This document shows, piece by piece, positions 58,566 to 64,000 of a stretch of DNA of 64,000 nucleotides (position 1 is the stretch's first letter; each line of letters begins with the position of its first letter). Source of the DNA: Dehalococcoidia bacterium (GTDB lineage: Bacteria > Chloroflexota > Dehalococcoidia > Lucifugimonadales > UBA3495); contig OZ244879.1 in NCBI GenBank assembly GCA_965221295.1, forward strand, positions 877,678 to 941,677, given 5' to 3'. Position numbers and translations under genes: made by a program. The notes below the pieces were generated by a model that had not been told where the DNA came from, searched no databases, and worked only from the letters and a program-made list of their open reading frames with translations.

Positions 58566-59432
58566 CTAACCGCCTGAGCCGGCCACCCGTTCGCGGATCG
58601 CTTTCAGGATCTCCACGTTGGGGCGATCGGGACCTCGACTTTCCTTGTCGAAACCGGGCACTTCTAGGAAAAAGGGCAGGTCGGCGAAGGCGGGATGGGC
58701 CATTATGTTGGCGAACCCTTCCTCGCCGATCAGTCCTTCACCGATGTTGTCGTGCCGATCCACGCCAGACCCGCAGGGCCGCTTGGAGTCGTTGGCGTGC
58801 ACCGCCGTAAGCCGATCCAGCCCAATATCGCGGTCAAACTCGTCGATCATGCCGGCGACGCCATCGGGGTTGGTAAGATCGTATCCGGCGGCGAAGGCGT
58901 GTTGAGTATCCAGGCAGATGCCCAGGCGCGGGCTATCAACCGCGCGCAGCACGTCGCCCAACTCACTGAACTTGGCGCCGATATGCTGGCCCATTCCGGC
59001 CATGTTCTCCAGGCACAATATCGGACCGTCGGGAGACTGCTCCAGCGTCCGGTTGACGCTTTCCACCACCTGGGGAAACACTCCCTCGTAGCCAGCTCCG
59101 CCGTGGCTGCCGGGATGGAATATGACGCCGCCCGCGCCGATCTGATGGGCCAGGTTCATGTACTGAACCAGCGACGTTATCGACTTCTCCACGTTTTCCG
59201 GGTTGGAATTGCCCAAGTTGATGAGGTAGATGGCGTGCAGGAAGGGCGGAGCCAAACCCGCATCCGCGTTCTTCGTCCGAAATTCCTCGGCCTGCGCGTC
59301 AGTCAGGGCCTTGAACCGCCAGGACCGTGTGGACGAGCCGAAGATCTGGACTGCCTCCGCGCCAATTTCAACCGCCCGGTCCACTGCGTTGGCAATTCCT
59401 CCGGCGGCGGATACGTGAGCTCCGATTATCAT
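58566..59432 (-). CDS. nfo: Endonuclease IV (AP endonuclease)
   Basis: IGAHVSAAGG, HAIYLINL, FHPG, LENMAG, CLDTQH, HANDSK...DRHDNIG. Confidence 0.95.
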   Translation of the reverse strand: MIIGAHVSAAGGIANAVDRAVEIGAEAVQIFGSSTRSWRFKALTDAQAEEFRTKNADAGLAPPFLHAIYLINLGNSNPENVEKSITSLVQYMNLAHQIGAGGVIFHPGSHGGAGYEGVFPQVVESVNRTLEQSPDGPILCLENMAGMGQHIGAKFSELGDVLRAVDSPRLGICLDTQHAFAAGYDLTNPDGVAGMIDEFDRDIGLDRLTAVHANDSKRPCGSGVDRHDNIGEGLIGEEGFANIMAHPAFADLPFFLEVPGFDKESRGPDRPNVEILKAIRERVAGSGG

Positions 59433-59524
59433 TGCGCTTCCCTCACCGTAGTTGCTAATGTACCCAGCAACACTACCACAACTAGCCCAATCGCTGAACC
59501 TACGCCCGCGACTCGCGCCACCAA

Positions 59525-60733
59525 ATGCCCGCCCATCTGATGAACATCCCCGCCATGAACATCCCTGCCATGAACATCCCTGCCATGAACATCCCTGCCA
59601 TGAACATCCCTGCCATGAACATCCCTGCCATGAACATCCCTGCCATGAACATCCCTGCTATGAACATCCCGGACGCCATGAATGTCCTGACGGTGGTGGA
59701 GACCGGCCAGCCACCCACTCTGGCCATGGCGCGACGCCCGGTTCCCCAACTCGAACCCGGCGAGGCGCTGGTGCGGGTGGACGCCTGCGGTTTCTGCCAC
59801 CACGACCTGTTGGTGATGAGCGGGAAGCTGCGTCGCGGCGTCGCCCGAGGCGTCACGTTGGGCCACGAAATCGCTGGCGCGGTGGTTGCCGTGTACGACG
59901 ATGCCACCGACTTGCGCCCCGGGCAGCGCGTGGTGAGCCTACTCACGGCTGCCTGTGGGGAGTGCGCCCGCTGCCGGGCCGGCCGGGAACATCGCTGCCT
60001 GGTGGGGGCAGGCGTCGGGCACGGTAGGGACGGCGGTTTCGCCGAATACGTCGCGCTGCCCGCGTCAGCATTGGTTCCGACGCCAGACAACCTTCCCGAC
60101 CACCTGGCGGCGCTGTTGGCGTGTCCGGCTGGCGTCGCGCTCAACGGCGTGTCGGCGGCCGCAGTCGGACCGGGCAGCACGGTGGTGGTGACGGGCGCTG
60201 GGGGCGGCCTGGGAATCCATGCGGTTCAGTTGGCGGCCATCCAGGGAGCTCGGGTAGTGGCAGTATCCACTTCGCCGGAAAAGACGCCCGAACTGGAATC
60301 CTTGGGAGCGTTCGTGGCGCTTGACCCCGGGGAAATCCCGGATTTCAACGAAGTGGTGATGGCGCTGACCGACGACGCCGGCGCGGACGCCGTAATCGAC
60401 ACCGTTGGTTCTCCCCTTTGGCCGGCGACGCTTCGTTGCCTAGGTCAATACGGACGCTTGGCGTTGCTGGGAGATGTCTCCGGTGAGCCGGCTGCGTTGA
60501 ACCTGGCCGAGGTCATCTTCCGGGATGCCCAAATCCTCGGCGTTTCAGGGGTGTCGCTGGCGACTCTGCGCCGGGTTATGGATCTGGCGGCCGCCAACCG
60601 CCTGCGGCCGGTGGTCTCGCAAACGCTACCGCTGTCGCCGGAAGGCGTCGGCGAAGCTTTTCGGCTGCTATCCGAGCGGCGCCCACTGGGTCGGGTGGCG
60701 CTTACGCCGCGGCCTCCCGGCGACCCCAGCTAA
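59525..60733 (+). CDS. Zinc-dependent (MDR) alcohol dehydrogenase family protein
   Basis: CGFCHHD, GHE, CGECARC...C, TGAGGGLG. Start is ambiguous because of the (MNIPA)8 repeat. Confidence 0.9.
   Translation: MPAHLMNIPAMNIPAMNIPAMNIPAMNIPAMNIPAMNIPAMNIPAMNIPDAMNVLTVVETGQPPTLAMARRPVPQLEPGEALVRVDACGFCHHDLLVMSGKLRRGVARGVTLGHEIAGAVVAVYDDATDLRPGQRVVSLLTAACGECARCRAGREHRCLVGAGVGHGRDGGFAEYVALPASALVPTPDNLPDHLAALLACPAGVALNGVSAAAVGPGSTVVVTGAGGGLGIHAVQLAAIQGARVVAVSTSPEKTPELESLGAFVALDPGEIPDFNEVVMALTDDAGADAVIDTVGSPLWPATLRCLGQYGRLALLGDVSGEPAALNLAEVIFRDAQILGVSGVSLATLRRVMDLAAANRLRPVVSQTLPLSPEGVGEAFRLLSERRPLGRVALTPRPPGDPS
59540..59670 (+). repeat. 8+ x 15-bp tandem repeat, each unit starting with ATG
   Basis: ATGAACATCCCTGCC x8 (minor variants) plus a partial ninth copy. 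Confidence 0.95.
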
Positions 60734-61658
60734 AGGCGCGGCCAAACTCGCGGCGTTCCCAGACCACTAAGAACTGCGCTGCGATGAAAATGGAGCTGTA
60801 AGTTCCCACCACGACGCCGATGGCCACCACCAGCAGTAGCTCCCGTATGGAATCGCCGCCAATCAGCAGCATGGCCAGCAGGACCAACAGCGTGGTGAAG
60901 CTGGTGTTGATGGAGCGGCCCACACTCTCGATGATGCTGAGGTTCACGGTGTCTTCCAATCGGCGTTCCGGCAATCTTATGGTATTTTCCCGGATGCGGT
61001 CGAACACCACGATGGTATCGTTGACCGAATATCCGGCGACGGTGAGAATGCCCACGATGAACATGGAGTTGACCTCCATGCCCAACACGCGACCCAGGAT
61101 CGAAAACACCCCCAGCACGATCAGGGTATCGTGGATCAGCGTCACTACCGCGGCCACGCCGTAGCGGTACGCCCGAGGCACGCGACGAAAGGCGTACCAG
61201 ATGTACGCCAGGATGAAAATCGACGCCACCAGCAAGGCCAGGAAGGTGTTGCGCACGGTTTCCTGCGCGATTATTGGCGACACCGTGTCGGCCCGGGACC
61301 CCGCGATGGGGCCGACCGACTCTTCCAGGGCGTCCTGAATGACCTGCCGCTCGGACACCTGGCCGCCGGACGACTCTTCCAGCACCCGGGTCCTGATCAG
61401 AACGGAATTATCGCCAACTGCCTGCACCAAGGCGCTGGGATGTCCCATTCGGGTCAGAACGCTCTTCACGTCGTCCGGCAGGACCGGTTCCTCAAAAGCG
61501 ATGTCGAGCACCGATCCGCTGGTGAAATCGATTCCAGGTTTGAGGCCGGAACCTCCGCTGGCCCAGCCTGGCGGAGCGATCATCGAGAGGAGACCGGGAA
61601 TGATCAGGGCCGCAGACAGGACGAAGTACCAGCCCCGCTTGCCGACAATGTTGAACAT
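60702..61658 (-). CDS. secF: Protein translocase subunit SecF
   Basis: GIDFTSGS, LIHD, GYSVNDTIVVFDRIRE, RSINTS, GTYSSIFIA. Confidence 0.95.
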   Translation of the reverse strand: MFNIVGKRGWYFVLSAALIIPGLLSMIAPPGWASGGSGLKPGIDFTSGSVLDIAFEEPVLPDDVKSVLTRMGHPSALVQAVGDNSVLIRTRVLEESSGGQVSERQVIQDALEESVGPIAGSRADTVSPIIAQETVRNTFLALLVASIFILAYIWYAFRRVPRAYRYGVAAVVTLIHDTLIVLGVFSILGRVLGMEVNSMFIVGILTVAGYSVNDTIVVFDRIRENTIRLPERRLEDTVNLSIIESVGRSINTSFTTLLVLLAMLLIGGDSIRELLLVVAIGVVVGTYSSIFIAAQFLVVWERREFGRAFSWGRREAAA

Positions 61659-61661
61659 TTG

Positions 61662-63494
61662 CTAACCGCCTCCCTGGGCTGACCGAGACTGTGGCCCCGA
61701 GGCGCGAGGCTGAATCTTTTCTGGGGTGAACAATTTGGCCATGCCCCCCAAGCCCATCGCCTGCAGGGCTTGCAACAGGTTGCGACTCACCAGCACCGCC
61801 GTGAACATGCTGACCATTACACCCACCAAGAGGGTCAGCGCGAATCCGTTGATCAGACCGCCGCCCAAACGGTTACCGAACCACAACAGGACCACGCAGG
61901 TGATCAGCGTACTGACGTTGCCGTCCCGGATAGCCGGCCAAGCCCGGTTGAATCCTACGTCCATGGCCGACGCCAGGCTACGGCCCAGGCGTATCTCCTC
62001 TTTGATGCGCTCGAATATCAAGATATTGGCGTCCACGGCTAGGCCGATGGACAGTATAAAGCCGCCGATGTGGGGCAGCGTGAGCGTGATCGGCACCAGT
62101 TTGAAGATCGCCAGCGTAACCAGGGCGTAGTAGATGAGCGCCACCGCGGCAACGACGCCAGCCGCCCGGTAGTATGCGATGACGAAGATCAAGACCAGAG
62201 CCAGTCCCACCAGGCCGGCCATCAGGCTGCGTTGCAGCGACTCGGCGCCCCGTAGCGCGTCAACGTCCGATTCCTGGATCAAAGTCAAGGGAACCGGCAG
62301 GCGGCCAGACTTCAACTGAATCGCCAGCGTACGGGCGCTCTCGCGATTGAAATTGCCGGAAATCTGGCTGCGCCCGTCTCTAATGTGGGCTCGAGCCACC
62401 GGCGCGATCAGCTGCTGACCGTCCAGTATGACCGCGATCACCTCTTCCGATCCCGGGTTGGTCTGTACGTTGATCTCCTCGGTCATTTGACTGAAGATGC
62501 CCGCTCCCCGGTCGTCAAACTGGATGTTAACTACCCACTCGCCCGTAACGGAATCGGTGCTGGCGTAGGCGTCCACCAGATCGTCTCCGGTCAGCCCGAT
62601 GCTGCTGTCCGCAAAGGGAGGCAGGCACCCTACGCGGAGGACGGGCCCGGCGCACTGGCGCCTTTGGAATTCCAACTGGGCGGTTTCGCCGATCAACCGC
62701 TTGGCGTCTTCAATGCCTCCGGTGACCTGGTAGGCCTCCACCGGTCCCACTTCCGCCTCCAGAACCGTCTCCAGTTGTTGCCGTTGGACGATGCTCAGGG
62801 TGTCCGCGGTGGTGATGCGAAATTCACCGTCGCCCCGGCTCGTCACTTCGGTGTCGCCGTATCCCCGGTCGTTCACCACGCTGCCAAGTTTTTCGATGTC
62901 GGCAGCCTCGGCGAATCGAACGGTGACCACGGAACCGCTGGCGCCGGGCAGCTGCACGATGATGCGGTCGTCGCCGAACCGCTGTACGATGGGTTCCTCA
63001 GTGCCGTAGAGGTTGACGCGCCGGCTGATGATATTCAGCACGCCGTCCATCTGATCCGAAGTCGGCGGCGCCAGGTCGCTGTTGATGAACGCCTCTGGTT
63101 CTCCGATGTCATTCACCAACGCCAGGCGCGCTTCCTCCCTCCGCTCCGGGGTTAGGTAGGCTCCCTCGATCTCAAAAGTCGCGCCGTCGCCACCTTGGGT
63201 TACGGTGGCGTCGTAGTCGGCGCCGGCCAGAGCTTCTTCGATCGCCGCCGCGTCCACCTCCACATCCTCCGCAAAGGCAACCGTCAGGGAGGTCCCGGTT
63301 TCCGCTTGGTAAACCAGGTGAGCGCCGCCCTGCAGGTCCAAGCCCAATTTCAAACCCAACGGGCCGGTTTCGGCGCGGTCGAGACGGGGCAGGCCCGGTA
63401 TTCCGATGTGGATTTCAGGCAGGGCCAGGGAAACGGCTGAAACGGCCAGGACGACCACAATCAGTGTGGCCAACAGAATGGTGCGGCGTCGCAT
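61662..63494 (-). CDS. secD: Protein translocase subunit SecD
   Basis: LGLDLQGG, RIIVQLPG, LKSGRLPVPL, GLAVDANILIFERIKEE, GFALTL. Confidence 0.95.
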   Translation of the reverse strand: MRRRTILLATLIVVVLAVSAVSLALPEIHIGIPGLPRLDRAETGPLGLKLGLDLQGGAHLVYQAETGTSLTVAFAEDVEVDAAAIEEALAGADYDATVTQGGDGATFEIEGAYLTPERREEARLALVNDIGEPEAFINSDLAPPTSDQMDGVLNIISRRVNLYGTEEPIVQRFGDDRIIVQLPGASGSVVTVRFAEAADIEKLGSVVNDRGYGDTEVTSRGDGEFRITTADTLSIVQRQQLETVLEAEVGPVEAYQVTGGIEDAKRLIGETAQLEFQRRQCAGPVLRVGCLPPFADSSIGLTGDDLVDAYASTDSVTGEWVVNIQFDDRGAGIFSQMTEEINVQTNPGSEEVIAVILDGQQLIAPVARAHIRDGRSQISGNFNRESARTLAIQLKSGRLPVPLTLIQESDVDALRGAESLQRSLMAGLVGLALVLIFVIAYYRAAGVVAAVALIYYALVTLAIFKLVPITLTLPHIGGFILSIGLAVDANILIFERIKEEIRLGRSLASAMDVGFNRAWPAIRDGNVSTLITCVVLLWFGNRLGGGLINGFALTLLVGVMVSMFTAVLVSRNLLQALQAMGLGGMAKLFTPEKIQPRASGPQSRSAQGGG

Positions 63495-63503
63495 ATCGCG
63501 TAA

Positions 63504-64000
63504 TCAATCCTCAAGTACATCATCATCCGCCAGCAATCGCGTGGCCAGCGAGAGGGCGTCTTCCCGACTGCCAATTTCACCCATTGCTTCTGCCTCGCGC
63601 AGTCGCTCAAGCAGCGCGCCAACGCGTGGGCCGGGCGGTATGTTCAGAGTTGCCATCAAGTCGTTTCCATTGACCAGCGCCCTGACCGCTCGCTCGCCGA
63701 GCGGGGGCGCGGTTCCCGCTTCAAGAACGGTGGCAATCATTCTAGCATAGTTATTCCAGCGTTCTGGGGACAATTCCGGCCCTCGCGCCGCCAGAAAGTC
63801 CGCCATCGCCAGATATAGCGTATCCACTGCCGCGTCGCCCAAGTCCCGGTAGTACCGGTAAATCGCCCGAGGCGAGGGCATCTGGTCGCCGTGTCGGAGT
63901 TGGCTGGGTCGCAGATGATGCAGCGTCATGGCGGAAGCCAAGGATATGGAACGCCGGGCCAACCGAAGCGCCGCCAGGCGCGACTCAACCATTTCGGCGC
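63504..64000 (-). CDS. C-terminal part of a CCA-adding/poly(A) polymerase-type HD-domain protein (truncated by the window end)
   Basis: HHLRP, LVNGNDLM..LNIPPGPRVGALL...EAEAMGEIGSREDAL tail typical of this family. Confidence 0.75.
   Translation of the reverse strand, partial: AEMVESRLAALRLARRSISLASAMTLHHLRPSQLRHGDQMPSPRAIYRYYRDLGDAAVDTLYLAMADFLAARGPELSPERWNNYARMIATVLEAGTAPPLGERAVRALVNGNDLMATLNIPPGPRVGALLERLREAEAMGEIGSREDALSLATRLLADDDVLED

Overview
High-GC bacterial chromosome segment with about 50 mostly housekeeping and catabolic genes. I recognised no rRNA, tRNA, CRISPR array or transposase. The gene content (two luciferase-like monooxygenases, two amidases, a Dehalococcoidia-style PurN, GAAC-N4-GTTC SOS boxes) suggests Chloroflexota, probably Dehalococcoidia/SAR202-like; this is inference. 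Core blocks: hemW, gpsA, ispH, tig-clpP-clpP-clpX, dprA-topA-xerC-aroQ-efp-xseA-xseB-purN, amt-glnA-queuosine precursor transporter, Lrp-ferredoxin-aconitase, nfo, and a CCA/HD-type gene followed by secD-secF. Most notable: (1) two tandem, highly divergent tubulin/FtsZ/CetZ-like paralogues (1-3146) with a rewritten signature loop; (2) a DUF3800 gene with a divergent, structured ~100-nt candidate ncRNA that has its own promoter and terminator (38963-39901); (3) a small 4-Cys + HTH gene whose promoter carries two LexA-type boxes; (4) four 11-bp-phased GTAAC boxes upstream of amt, resembling actinobacterial GlnR sites; (5) many short tandem duplications, at least seven with an exact 15-bp unit, plus two large REP-like palindrome arrays; (6) a pentapeptide-FRG fusion and a small His/Cys-rich protein ending GCCGNHGQPGC. 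All assignments come from motifs read by eye; no database search was run.
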